A stretch of DNA of 64,000 nt from Tubiluchus corallicola. Its lineage: Eukaryota > Animalia > Priapulida. The stretch is from NCBI GenBank assembly GCA_030141605.1, contig JAQGDQ010000874.1, positions 1 to 64,000 on the forward strand. Direction: 5' to 3'. The translations under genes were made by a program, and so were the position numbers. The number at the start of each line of letters is the position of its first letter. Positions within the stretch are counted from its first letter, which is position 1. Below the pieces are notes generated by a model. That model saw only the letters and a program-made list of their open reading frames with translations, made no database searches and was not told the DNA's origin. Below are positions 10,760 to 35,735 of this stretch, one piece after another.

Positions 10760-13700
10760 TCACATCATTTTGCAAGCAACATTTCCATCTACTGTATGAC
10801 CTTTAACCATTTCGCCTAGTAAGAGGTTATTGACAGCAGCTTTGGCAAGGTAACTTGTTGTGCCATGTATAATGTCCGGCGGAGTGTCCAGAAAACTTTC
10901 CATGGAGTCGGATTCGCTCTTCTTATCCTCCTTAAAATATCCAAATGCCTCTTCGACCATCTTGTCCATGTCCAGTGCGGCCGGAAATTTCAGCTCCGGA
11001 TTTCGGCGCAGAATCGTCGACACGACCATAAACATTTCCACTATAATCTGGCCGTACGCCGGGTCCACTATTCGACTAAGCAAGTTCTCCACCTTGAGGG
11101 AAAAGCTTCTTTCGTATATGGTTAGATCGGACAATGTGGGTTGTTGAGGTAGATGGCGCTCTGCGACGGTTATACCGCCCGGAGTTCTTTCCAAAATCTC
11201 CCAGACGCGATCGTAGAAGTCGTCGGGTACTCTGTTTAGCGCTCCATTCAGCTGCCGTTTTTGCAACGCCGACCGATGACCCAAGTCCTTGTCGAGCACC
11301 TTGACGAGCAACTGTTTCACCGCACTAGGAGAAAGCTCCTCTATTTTTGTCGTGTCACCGATTTCCTTTCTGCTATAAGTCAACTCCAATTTCATAGCAT
11401 GGATCATCCAGCCAATCCTGATCTTCAAAATGCCGTCGAATAATTCCGGTTTAGTACTGACCAGCTTGCCAATGGAGATGATTATCTCTTGCTGCAGTAC
11501 CGCCTGACAGATGTCATACGGTTGACAAAGAGCATAAATGTACTCCTTCATTTCCGTGGGAGTGATTGGTTTGTCTATAACTTGTTCTTTATGACCAAAT
11601 ATGCCAATAGTCACCTGCTTACCTCTGACCAGTACCGACGTAATACTAGGAACCAAGCTGTCCACCATCTTACCGAGGATGCTGAAACAGAAGCGAACTA
11701 CTTGCCAATGTTTCACTCTTGCCGCCTGTTTGGCCACCAATTCAATCTTGTCGATAACCGTACCGTCCTCAAAATAGTACGACCCTCCCTCCCGCTTCAG
11801 CAGTATGTGCAACAGGCCACACTGAGCGCGGAGACTAGAACAGTTTTTCAACTGCTGGCATATCTCCCACGTTGACCGGTTCTCGTAATCCTCAATACGA
11901 AGCCCGTACATGGAAGCCTTTCTCATCGCCTTGGGAATGTCCGTCAGACTCTTGTAACCGGTCGCAGGTGTTATTTCTTCAAACGATTTAAAGTTTGCCA
12001 GTATTTCCGGCATGCTCTGTAGAAAGTCCAGATGTTCAATACAGGACATTGAAATCAGGTTTTGCAGCCGCCCGGTCCGTATCTTCACTCCGTCGCAGCT
12101 GCCGTGCTTAAATGAAGCCAAAAGTTTCAACATTTCGGCAAAATGAGGACCTTGCCTGAGATCATTTTCGCGTATGACCATACAAAACGTTGGACGGCCG
12201 CTAAGTTTCCAAAACTTAGCTAAAAACATGATGTCTGCCTTGATATCATCGATGACTAAATCCAGGTCATGTGACAGGTAGAAGTCGCTCTGCTCGAACA
12301 TGATTGGATAACAAAGAACGAGTTTACCGCAAATTCTGTATATCTTGCTAGTTCCCAATACGCCAATAGGTCTAGGTGGTCTTCCCGACAAACCGAACTT
12401 TTGATTCAGACCCAAATAATCGTACGCCTTCACTAATTCCCAGGCCGACCAGATTTGTATGGGTTCAATTTGATGTGGCGTCTGGCTTTGAATGCCATAC
12501 GTTGCGAGAATAGACTGAAGACGACTGCTCTCGGCTATAAGGACAACTTGTACAATGAGATCACTCGCATCTCCTTGGAAGAACGAATACCGGATGCTCT
12601 TTCGGGGCCTCTCTGATGCTGGCAAGTACCGCCGAATCGGATCCAACTCATTGACATGGAGCAAACCATCAGTCAACAGACAGGCAATAATGTACATAGC
12701 ATTTCCCCATAAATGCACTTTGCCATCTACCCATTCCTTACTGGAGCGACGAGAAACGGACTGCGGATTTTTTCGAGAGTCTTCAATATCCATTTGCTGA
12801 ACGTAATAGTACATAGGCAGCATGCTGTCTCCTTCGGGACTAATTTTAACGTTGTCGTCGACTCTGGCTTGATAGAAATTGACCTGCGAATGATCGCCTT
12901 TGAAGATACCGTCTATAAGAAAGAAGAGATCAAACATCGGCCACTCGCTTTCGATGGCGTCAAAGTTCTTGGTTTCCCCCGGATCGTAGTGAAGACGATT
13001 AGTGTCTTCCAACACTGTTTTATATCCGTCTCTCAGGAATCTCCTGAAGCCGTACTTCCCTCGCAGTTTTCTTTCTGCCTTGTCTAGAGTCCGATGTTTT
13101 AACTTTTCGTCGTGGATCGCATGGCACGGAAACGTCATCGTCGGCAACAGCGACGCGTCCGTATTCTTCGACGACGACTCGCGTGGTAGAAGAGTCTCGA
13201 AAATCGTCCTGTTGCGGTTGTAAGCGTCAATATCGACGTAAATTACCGAACTCGAGGTGCCGAAACTGCCAAAGATATTGAAGCCGTTGATCGCCTCCAA
13301 AGCCGCTTTGGTGATACCAATCGAACTAGCATGAAGTTCACACTGGCCATTATTGTACCTGGTTCCCCTCTCCCACATTCCGTAGTCGGGAGTTCTGTAA
13401 GCGCGCTCTACGTAGTACACCAGATTCTGAATGAACGATGCTTCGTCCATCGTGTAAATGATCTGCAAGCCGGAAGAGATCATCTGTACCAGTGTCAGGA
13501 GGAAAAGAGCCACGACGTCTATCTGCAAATGTCCGTATTGATTATAATCGGCTACGATGTCTCCGGTTTTGTAGTGAAATTTCGAATGCAGCGCAAACTG
13601 CGGTCCTTGTTGCTGTTTGAACAATTCCACTTTGTCGGCTTGTCTCATCCAACAAAATAAGATTCCCCTCATTGTTTTTACCGCACTTTGACCCAATTCG

Positions 13701-14092
13701 TGAATCCTACCTTTGTCGTCATCGAGGCGATTGTAAGCTTGGTAGAGACTCCATACTGACATCCCGCAGTAAATACTATCGCGTACCCATCCGACGTCGG
13801 TGTGCTCGCCTCCGATTTGCGGAAAAATCCCGATCGTGGGGCTCTGGAATCTCAGTATCAGACGTTTAACTCTTCTGTAGTATTGGTCCAATCTGTGCAG
13901 AGTGTCTTTGTAGTCAAAGAGCATGGTTTTGTCCGTCGGCGTTCTGGAACCTTCCATGTCTTCCGAAAGCGATTTATATCTCATTCTCGTGTCGTACCGC
14001 ATCGCCAAAAACATCGATCTACCTTGTGCAGTTTCTGGTCCCGGACTGGGCGGTTCAAGGCTATGTGAGCCCGAATCTTTTTTAGCTGCCAT
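10760..14092 (-). CDS. PHKB: Phosphorylase b kinase regulatory subunit beta, 1110 aa, uninterrupted CDS
   Basis: GH15-like N-terminus with WVRDSIYC, HLQIDVVALFLLTLVQMISSGLQII, YRTPDYGMWERG, FRRFLRDGY, GLSGRPPRPIGVLGTSKIY, ILKIRIGW, RQLNGALNRVP; C-terminal CAAX (CKMM). First in-frame ATG at 14092 (MAAKK); a candidate 5'-UTR acceptor (ttttatttttcag-like) lies at 14257-14275. Confidence 0.95.
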   Translation of the reverse strand: MAAKKDSGSHSLEPPSPGPETAQGRSMFLAMRYDTRMRYKSLSEDMEGSRTPTDKTMLFDYKDTLHRLDQYYRRVKRLILRFQSPTIGIFPQIGGEHTDVGWVRDSIYCGMSVWSLYQAYNRLDDDKGRIHELGQSAVKTMRGILFCWMRQADKVELFKQQQGPQFALHSKFHYKTGDIVADYNQYGHLQIDVVALFLLTLVQMISSGLQIIYTMDEASFIQNLVYYVERAYRTPDYGMWERGTRYNNGQCELHASSIGITKAALEAINGFNIFGSFGTSSSVIYVDIDAYNRNRTIFETLLPRESSSKNTDASLLPTMTFPCHAIHDEKLKHRTLDKAERKLRGKYGFRRFLRDGYKTVLEDTNRLHYDPGETKNFDAIESEWPMFDLFFLIDGIFKGDHSQVNFYQARVDDNVKISPEGDSMLPMYYYVQQMDIEDSRKNPQSVSRRSSKEWVDGKVHLWGNAMYIIACLLTDGLLHVNELDPIRRYLPASERPRKSIRYSFFQGDASDLIVQVVLIAESSRLQSILATYGIQSQTPHQIEPIQIWSAWELVKAYDYLGLNQKFGLSGRPPRPIGVLGTSKIYRICGKLVLCYPIMFEQSDFYLSHDLDLVIDDIKADIMFLAKFWKLSGRPTFCMVIRENDLRQGPHFAEMLKLLASFKHGSCDGVKIRTGRLQNLISMSCIEHLDFLQSMPEILANFKSFEEITPATGYKSLTDIPKAMRKASMYGLRIEDYENRSTWEICQQLKNCSSLRAQCGLLHILLKREGGSYYFEDGTVIDKIELVAKQAARVKHWQVVRFCFSILGKMVDSLVPSITSVLVRGKQVTIGIFGHKEQVIDKPITPTEMKEYIYALCQPYDICQAVLQQEIIISIGKLVSTKPELFDGILKIRIGWMIHAMKLELTYSRKEIGDTTKIEELSPSAVKQLLVKVLDKDLGHRSALQKRQLNGALNRVPDDFYDRVWEILERTPGGITVAERHLPQQPTLSDLTIYERSFSLKVENLLSRIVDPAYGQIIVEMFMVVSTILRRNPELKFPAALDMDKMVEEAFGYFKEDKKSESDSMESFLDTPPDIIHGTTSYLAKAAVNNLLLGEMVKGHTVDGNVACKMM

Positions 14093-15397
14093 GATGTCAC
14101 GCTTGGCACTGGTGGCCTTTATGAGCCGTGCTAGGACTTTGTAGCTTAATATGATGTTATTATTGTCAAAGTAAATCACCTAGCCATTTCAGTATCAGTT
14201 CAGTTCAACACCTGAACTTCTTTTTATCAAGATGAGCAATCAGTACTGCCACTCGGCTGAAAATAAAAAAACAAACTTTGTAAAAGTCTGCATAGAGGGA
14301 GCCACTTGTAGTAACTTTTAGCTGATAGCATAGGATGGATGTCGCTTATTGTAACGAGTACGCGATTGTAGTATTATGTGACCCATTTAATTGTGAGTCT
14401 ACTACACTAAGGTACTGAATTGGTATGTGCTGCCATCTACACTCGTTGTTTTACTCTAATTGTACAAAGTTTGTCAGAGATTGATTTTTGTTTCTAAATA
14501 TTGTTTCTATTATAGATATTCATTAATCAGAGTAATTAGATTGTTAATTTCATGCTTTAAATCTGTTTCTAACTCTCTTATTCAAGTTTAAATAGAGGAA
14601 AATTATAACATTATGACACAGCTTTCTGTAAACCAATAATCTTTATTCTGCTATCAAAGAAGCCAAGTAGACTTTGATTTTGGTCTAACTAGTAGTCTGT
14701 AGAGTATAGGTGACCTTTCCGTTTTTGGTCTGTGTGCATGAATGTGATGTACCTTCTAATAGGAACTTTAATCTCTGATCATGTGATTACAGCTCTATTC
14801 TCTCAGACATGCAAGTTTCAGTTGATCTAGAGACGGCAATGTTAAAGGTTGCGAATTTTCTACTGTTAAAGTAATGTTGAAGAATACAAAATTTCTACAG
14901 TATCATATTGCTAACTTTTATGACTGTTTGTTCAATTCTGTTACTGAAGTGAACATTGTCTATGTTTTACAATAAAATGATTGCAAATTTCTACAATTGA
15001 ATTTGCAGAGAGTTTGAAGTATATTAGACTGAAATTACACACTGGTTCCCTCTAGTGGTGACCATGAAACTATGAAATTGTGTTGAATTGTGAAAGACTT
15101 ATTTCTATTTACATATTACACTATTATTTACAGGAAAGGAGACGCGTGGTGACCATTTAAAGCTCAAGAAGCAAAAAAAACCAGCAGGCCTTGCCCAAGT
15201 CCCAGCCACCCACTGAGCTTACCTGATTGGCTAGTAAAACACGCTAGCAATCAACATTACCATATATGGGAAACCCAGCAGGTACAGGTGACTGAGCAGC
15301 AATGACCATGGCCACAAAATTGATTAAACTTGATTCAGTTCAATAAAAAATAATTATAAATGTAGGTGGCAGCACATGTTAACTTATTATAGTAATA

Positions 15398-15726
15398 CAG
15401 TCGACCCTCGTTAAACCGGACCCCGTTAGCCCGGATATCGGATAAGACGTATGCCATCCTTGGTACAGGAAACTGACCGATTTCCGTCCGAGCCGGAGCG
15501 CTAAACACAACAAGGCCTACCAACAGTACAATAATTTCTTTATCCTCACAGGTTAACTATTTTAAAGTAATATACAGTATAGTATATAGTGCAATGTATA
15601 TAGGCCTTATTAAGGTGATTATTCCTGTATAATATAGACCATATATAGGCCTATCAGATAAATCGGACAATCGGCTAAACCAGACCACCCACCCCCCAAT
15701 TAGTCCAGTTTAACGAGGGTTGACTG
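15398..15726. mobile_element. Tigger/pogo-like MITE (second copy 52982-53307)
   Basis: TA|CAGTCGACCCTCGTTAAAC...GTTTAACGAGGGTTGACTG|TA; near-identical copy at 52982. Confidence 0.9.
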
Positions 15727-17849
15727 TACTTTAAATTAAGAATCGCAAATGAAATGTGCAACAGCAATAGTAATAATAAATTCATTTAGCTTCATAAACT
15801 TAATACAGTAGTTACGGTGTTAGTGCTTACAGATAAATATGAGCAGAGGTGACAAAAGACCTTACTTAGACAAAATTTGCAAATCCTATCTCACGTTTCT
15901 TCATTACATCACTAAATTTTTTTCCCTGATCAATATTTTGGAATAACAACCAACGTGCATGAGGAATCTCAAACTCTTTTCCAAATACAGATCTTGTGGC
16001 TTAGCTGATCGATAATTTTGAGAGAAACAGTGGCGTTATTCACTAAATGTCGATTGTATTATTGTGAAAGTTTCTAGTGCCCTGTATCTCTCATTATCTT
16101 TACATGTTTTAATGCTGGAGCTGAATGTTTAACTACTAATTAATAAATAATTAATTAATTAGTAATTAATAATTAACATTTATTAGATGCTGGAAGAATT
16201 TTGCGCCCTTTCACCTCCCTTGCTACGCCTCTGTGTTTGGAAAGGTGTTTTATGAGCAACTTTTCTGGACTAATACATAGAAAAGAGCTATTCTGTTTGC
16301 AGTACCATAAATCAAACTCAGGGTGATTGTTAAAAAAACTAATTATCTCATCATTTCAAAAAAGAAGTGGGGTTCAAGGACGCAAAAAATGTGCGTCCAC
16401 AAAGCATTTGAGCAAAACTTTGAAAGGGTAGGGTGCCAGAAATTTTTTGCCTGCGGACACCACAAACACTTGCAATGCAACTGCCCATCAGACTCGTGTA
16501 CCCTTTTCCTTATACCTGTTGAGTACTCGATTGTTAAGATTCAGCAACAGTCAAGAAGCTGTAATCATTTATATTCACAAATAAAAACAACCAATGGTGC
16601 ATTTTAACTAAGCGCACTGTCATGTTAACAACAAGCATTCATTTATTACATCCTAAAGTCTGAACACAACAGCTGTGAGTCGCGAGAGTTAGTATTTTCC
16701 TACACAATGCATATGCTTGAGTTTTATCACGTGATTTTATATCCCAGACCTCATTACACGTTTTGTCAATGAGTTACCTACACAGCTTACGTAGTGCCGC
16801 ACTGAGCAGTAATATGATAATACAGCATAGGGATTAGCGGGCTAAAATAATTATATTATCCCTTTTATGTGCTGTTAAACTTAACAATCTGTATAGTTTG
16901 CATCCTTCTAAACATCCAGACTCATTATATAAAGGGAAAGTAGAATAATCACCAAATTTCATGACACAGTTGTAACATAAAATACGTAATGCTCGTAAAC
17001 AGAAAGATCTTCGCAAACATTAGTTCAAGCATTTGATTTTGCATCATTTCTCGCGTGCACTGCCTTGCAAAAGATGTCCCTGGACGCCTCGATTGTCTAT
17101 AATAATAATAATAATAATGATAACATTTTTAATATTGTAATAAATAAGCGATAAAAAGCTGCATATGTCAGGAGTGTCAAAAATTGTCTGAAATACCTTT
17201 ATTCGAATAAAATTTTGCATTTACAGTTCAATAAGTTTATCAACATTTTGAAATACATTTTTAATATATTTTATCATAGTGCTGGACTATGACTCTATGA
17301 GGATATGATAAATTGTCGGTTGATTAATTAAACAGCAAAACTTTGTTGCAATAATTTTATCGTGTACAATTACTCATTTTGCGTATTCAGACTCTATGAG
17401 TTTCTCCCTTTAGCTTATGCTTTGTTCAAAGCCTGTTCGCAGTCGCGATGCACAATGAAGATTCCCCATCTTGATGTATGCCGACATTGGAAACTGTCTG
17501 CGGAAGCTGTCTGCTAAGCTGCAAGTCTGCAAGAAACTTTGTTGACGGAAGTAATGCTGACAAATCACCGGCATGGCAATGTCTAGTTTCTTGTTGAATT
17601 AATCTGCTGTGTTTACCTGTCTTGAGGGCAGACTTCTTTTACTTTAGAACTAAGCCCAAGGACAATATAGCTAACAGTGTAACAGGTAATTTTAATCAGG
17701 TATAGACATTTGTATATGATGCAGATTATGCGCTATATATAAAAGACAAAAATATGGGTTTTTATAGGCAGGTATACTATTTTGATTCTGTAATTCACAT
17801 AATATAAATTACAACATTAATTATTACGATTATAATATGCATAATACGG

Positions 17850-30566
<12,717 letters not shown>

Positions 30567-31524
30567 CTTACAATGAACTCAAAATGCTGTTACAATACGA
30601 AACTAAGCAACATTCAACTGACGAAAGACATGCTGAAACATTTAACAATGAAGGTCAACCATGAGGCATCATGATGAAATAGTTCACTACGAAAGTCAAC
30701 CAACATTCCTGAATGGACTAATCAAAACAGTAACATTTGAATGCCCCACACTGGAAAACGTTTTCGATATCAACTCACGTTTTACTGTACATAGTTAATG
30801 CGTGTTGGTGTGTACATAGCTGTATTATTGTCTTCCTCGCTTTTATTTGTAGAAATGCTTGACTTCAAGGACGTAATTGTCACTTCCGGGTTACAGAATC
30901 AGACGTTGTTGATTCAGACCTCGTGGAGACGCTCACAAGTAGCGTGAACTGTAACAAATTTGATGCTATACAACTTAACAGGAAGAAATCTTTCATCGCG
31001 GAAACCTTTTGATGTTTTCGTGACAAGTTCTATTCAATTTATTTGACTCGCAACAGTTTGTGAAATGCACTGTTTGCAAAGTTGTTTGTGTAACTGTATT
31101 ATTAATGAATGAATAATTTCATGGCCTGGTTAACTCATCATGTAATCTTGTAAAGCATTTTTTGAGATTGTGACGCTTCACGAATTAAACGGATTATGAG
31201 AAAACCTGATTTGTTTGCTTGTGTATACTTGCGATAATTTTCACGGAATTAATATGCTTATTTGTAAGCAACTTACTTAAACCTGTTGAAAACTAATAAT
31301 TAATATAGTAGGCAATTATCCACTTTTATAATGCAAACAGAGCACAAAATCGTACATTTTACTGTAATGTGAAACATCACAGGCCAAAATAACTTAGTAA
31401 ATTACAATGCATTTTGTGTAGCATTATCAAATTTTATTATTATTATTAAAACATTTCAAAAAATTACATAATTTTATAAAAGCTGAGACTGGTAGGCTAT
31501 GTTAGCTCTTAGGCCAGCCTATAT

Positions 31525-31809
31525 TGTTACAACACAAAAGTATGAAGGAACACGAAATGATTACACTAAACGTGAATCTGGAAAACGTTTGAGTGTATCT
31601 GAAAATGTAAGCATACAAGAGAATGTGTAAGTATATGTCCGTGCGAAATCTGCGTGCCTCTGTCAGCGGCCTGCTTCGCCTTATATAGCGCCCCAAGAAC
31701 TTTCCAGAAGTAATGTTCCAGAACATTCCAGACGGTAAGACGATCATTCCAACAGAACATTCTACAATGTTCTATGTAATTCTAATAGATGCTAGCGATC
31801 TCCACAACA
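31525..31809 (-). mobile_element. Solo-LTR-like element
   Basis: TGTT...AACA termini and a minus-strand TATATAAGG at ~31680; no convincing TSD. Confidence 0.4.
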
Positions 31810-32057
31810 TCACTTTGGGAGGTTCCTTTCACTGTTATGCCAGAAAGTCATCCTTTGCTAAATAGATAAACGCTTTTAAAACTTCTGTATTGCTTTCGTC
31901 TATAATCTGATTCATATCTAATGTTGGTAAATTATCTATTAAATCATTTCTGTTGATCGTATTGACTAGATGGTATTCAAACAATAAACAATGTGAAGCT
32001 TGTCTACCATTCATACATTTACATACATCAGTATTAGCATAAATCACATTGTTATGT

Positions 32058-32479
32058 AGCCTTCACTATTTCATTCATGTTCCAAAGTCGTTTATTCTAA
32101 AGAGAATAATAAAGAGAACATTAACAAGTAAGAAAAATAAATAGAATGATAAACAGAAGATTAATAATTAAGAAGAAGTCAACTTATTGGTAAAAGTACT
32201 TTCTCAAATTTCAGAGATCGAATTCATAAACTTAATTAAATTATTTAAATTCATGTAACTTACATCGTTGGCTCTGCGTCAAGATTTAACATTTCTCAAG
32301 GTACAAAGTTGGTCATAACTAAACGCTGTTATTAACTATAACACAATAACGATAAAAAACATTGCTGTAAATAAAAACACGACCATCATTGTTCTCCTCA
32401 TGTTCTTGCCTCTCCGCACTGCTCTTAGAGGGCAGCACCTTCCCATTAATAAGTGTCGTTATGCATATTCCAGTTACAC
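32058..32479. repeat. Third copy of a ~420-bp repeat also found at ~78-495 and ~21612-22030
   Basis: Collinear with 21612-22029 (cttcactatttcattcatgttccaaag...atgcatatt); adjoins a possible LINE remnant at 31835-32047. Confidence 0.85.
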
Positions 32480-32930
32480 ACATATAAATGTTTAAACAAG
32501 TAAGATGGTTATTCTCCTACAAGTAAAGTCTGTGCTCATACAGTCATAGGTCATAGGTCTTATATAAGACGTATTTTAGTTTAGTTTATTTTTATTTCTA
32601 AAATGCCAATAAGTACAACATTGTTATAGTTTTATATAGAAACTGTTACTACAGCAAATAAATTAAATTTAAATTCACCATAAATTGATATAACGACTCA
32701 GACCAAGAAGATAGACTTGTACTGAGCTGAGCAGAAACCAAAACGGAAAGAGAAAGATCAGAAGTAAAAGGTGCAGGATGAAGAAGCAAAAAATGAAATA
32801 CAAGGGGGTAAGAAGGATAAGGATATGACAATGCAGGGCGAATGGGATGGTGATGAAAATGAAGATTAGACTCAGCCGAGTCACTGCAAACATCAGTACG
32901 AATCAAGGCAGGGACAAATAACCTCAGTAG

Positions 32931-33307
32931 CAGGGGCGAGCATCGAACGTTCGAACTCGATTCGAATCCAAAACTATAGATTCGAATAATTCAGCACTTC
33001 AATCATATATGTTCTTTATCACTAAAACGATTGAAACAACATGCAACTAACATAATTTAGCTGTGATTTCTGCGCACAATTTTAAAGCAATTACTAGTCG
33101 TTTTATTGTAGAACAAAATCTAGTGATATGCATGATCTTTGTAAGACAAATTTTTACTGGTGGTGCGAAAACTTGTTCGAAAATCTTTCAATCTCAATTC
33201 GAATTCGGTTCGAATTCGAAACACTGAAGTTCCGTTCGATTCGAATTCGAAAGTCACAAATTCGGTTCGATTCGAATTCGCTTTCTGGTAGAAAATGATC
33301 ACCCCTA
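32931..33307. mobile_element. hAT-type MITE rich in TTCGAA palindromes (second copy 60701-61107)
   Basis: CAGGGG/CCCCTA termini and perfect 8-bp TSD CTCAGTAG; the second copy has TSD TTAACGAC. Confidence 0.9.
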
Positions 33308-33418
33308 CTCAGTAGTTCTTCTATGCTTCTTGGTGCGGTCCTGAAAGAGCTATACTTCTTGGTGCGGTCCTGAAAGAGTTAATATCCAATAAAGCCTGGT
33401 GAAAGTGCCAGTGCTGTC

Positions 33419-34423
33419 CTAATTCAATGTAGGCCTACTGACTTCGGAATTAATCACAACTACATTTCTTTTACAAACGACCTTCAAGAAGATCAAGCGA
33501 AGATTTTTCACTTTCCAAAAATATAATATTGCATTCATGAGTCCGTCCATGTTCAACATGATGAGACCAAAACGCTTCAGTGATTCGTTTGCTATGCCAC
33601 AAGCGTGGTAAAGAGTTAAATGCAAAAAGATTGGTGTGAGACATATTATCGAACTACAGGCAATCAGAAAAACCGAAGTGGCAGTTTTGAATTGTTCTTT
33701 TAGTCTCGGATACCATCTATCACCATTTGCAACCACAGGTAATATCATCGGCACGAGTCTGGACTTGTGCTGCAACACAATTTTGAATATGTTAACATAA
33801 ACAAATGTTATTGCAGTAAAAATTGCCAAAAACTGGGCAGTAAAATAATGAGCGACACCAGGCAGAACTAAACGATCAATGAGACAAGCTCTGGCATCCT
33901 TCGTTTCTGAAAATGACTCCAGTATGAATTTAGCTGATCCTGCGATTCCAACGAGAACTGAATAAATCCAGGATGAAACGATCATAACGGCTGCCACTCG
34001 TTTAGAGAATATCGTGGAATAATGCATGGGGTATATGATGGCTACATATCGGTCAAAGGTCAAGAGTAGTTGAGTGACCAAGCTCTGAGTGACCAATGTA
34101 AAGACAGCAGAGACGTTCAAGGAGCAGTAAACTTTATTAAAACCGACTATTACCTGCCTCGTTGCGAACAGCTGTAAACCATAGATACCAAGAATACCAT
34201 CATTAAGTGCCAGATTTGCCAAAAGTAAGTTAGCTGCTGTTCTCAACGAGTCGACAGAAACCAGAAGGACGACGACACAGGCATCTAGTCCAATAAGAAC
34301 CATCATTAACGTCATGAATACGACTAAGAAGATCACCATGACAACCACATTATTTGCAGCATCTTCATCAGTATCAATGACAGATTCCACTGTGCTATTC
34401 CACGGTGACAGTGAAACATTCAT
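33419..34423 (-). CDS. Class A (rhodopsin-like) GPCR, single exon, 334 aa, orphan
   Basis: Seven hydrophobic segments, N-terminal N-glycosylation sequons, TM2 NLALND, TM3 C...TFDRYVAIIYPMHY, TM4 W, TM6 ICLTP, TM7 NAILY. Confidence 0.9.
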   Translation of the reverse strand: MNVSLSPWNSTVESVIDTDEDAANNVVVMVIFLVVFMTLMMVLIGLDACVVVLLVSVDSLRTAANLLLANLALNDGILGIYGLQLFATRQVIVGFNKVYCSLNVSAVFTLVTQSLVTQLLLTFDRYVAIIYPMHYSTIFSKRVAAVMIVSSWIYSVLVGIAGSAKFILESFSETKDARACLIDRLVLPGVAHYFTAQFLAIFTAITFVYVNIFKIVLQHKSRLVPMILPVVANGDRWYPRLKEQFKTATSVFLIACSSIICLTPIFLHLTLYHACGIANESLKRFGLIMLNMDGLMNAILYFWKVKNLRLIFLKVVCKRNVVVINSEVSRPTLN

Positions 34424-35342
34424 TCTTCTGCTTTTTTATTGTTACTGGAACTTGGAAAAATGTCTAGTAGGCTGAAGGTTCTGCTTGACTATCTTGCTAT
34501 GTTACAGCCTTGACACCATTTAACATAATCTAAACTTCTATTCAAATCTTAGCTCTGATAACATAATTTTGCACGCGCATGCGCAGGATTACAAAACGTT
34601 TAATGCAAATCTTAGCTCTGATAACTAAACATTGCACGCGCATGCGCAGGATAACAGAACGTTTAATTTAATTATGTAAGACTAAGGTTAGGTTTTCTGT
34701 CCTTTAACAATAACAATGTCATGCAGTCACTTATCCAACTGAACAATTAGGTTTAAATTCAGCGATTTAAATACAAATGACTGCACAGCGCGATAAATAA
34801 GCTTCAAACAAATCGAAAATCAACTCAGCACCGTATTGCATGTCAAAGTAATTATGTGAAGCCAGACAATTATGTGAAGCCACAATAATAGCATTAAAAT
34901 GTAACTTCAAAGCGCCTACGCAGAGGAAATGTCGTGCACTGCACAAAAAAGGCAAAATCATGATCATTATTTTATTGATGTTTTAATTCAACTGACAATA
35001 AACGCCACGCTGCCGTCAACACAAATATTGAAAAAAGCACAAAGAAACTATTGCAGGAGGCGTTGGCACTGCTTTTAACTCCTTCGGGAGTGTGCGCCAT
35101 TCAAAATAGGACTGACAACACCTATGGTTTTTCTGCTACTATACGAGCACAGACACAGGACCGCACCATGAAGGACAGGTCTTATAAGATTTGTGACTTT
35201 CTGCTACTGTACGAGCACAGACATAACTAAATGATTACAAATTAGGTACTGTTCTATTCGGGAGAATCTCGGCTATCCAATCGTGCTATTTGTTTAAACA
35301 TTTATAAGTGATTTAATTGGATAAGATTAAAAAAAGCCCACC

Positions 35343-35638
35343 CTTTTCAGGCACTCAAACTTAGCCTATTGAGTAGCATAGTCTGGTGTACAGTTGCATG
35401 ATCGTACACACTATTTTATTGGTCGCCTGTTTGTTGAGCCCAAGAGAACTGTCTGCTGTACAGATTTCCAGGAAAAACCAACCGATCAATCAAGGATAAA
35501 TTAAGGTCGTCTCAAATTCCAACAGGAATTTCTGCTTAAAAATAGAATATACTTGAGGCCAAAGTATATCAGAGTGTTATGCCTGGACAGTTGAAATTTT
35601 CTGCAAAAGCCGATTTCATACAAGTGATACTGTACACT
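35343..35638. mobile_element. Family C repeat (TTAA-terminated DNA-transposon-like); other copies ~39575-40110, ~61325-61830, ~63750-64000
   Basis: Shared block ggtgtaca..tgatcgtacacactattttat...ggacagttgaaattttc...gccgatttcacacaagtga; ends GAAG(G/A)AG|TTAA at 40110 and 61830. Confidence 0.75.
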
Positions 35639-35735
35639 GAGTTCCCAAATACAAATATTTGCTTGGAATTCATGTAATACTTATTAAAACATTGAATTTC
35701 TGATGACTAGATTTGACCAAATGACTAATGCATTT

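Noticed and set aside
10760-14092. Bacterial horizontal origin of the intronless PHKB
   Set aside because: It has animal-type PHKB motifs along its length and a C-terminal CAAX box; retroposition or intron loss is simpler. A phylogeny would settle it.
10860-14144. Plus-strand ORFs antisense to PHKB (likewise those antisense to the cGLR and the large Greatwall exon)
   Set aside because: Shadow ORFs expected opposite long coding sequence; no motifs.
17414-17560. Cys-containing exon-like segment after a tttctccctttag acceptor
   Set aside because: All three frames stop quickly and no partner exon was found.
32478-35310. GPCR captured between inverted repeats (32478-32570 plus 33325-33375 versus 35105-35310)
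   Set aside because: Similarity is short, patchy and interrupted, with no TSD; more likely independent fragments of a common repeat.
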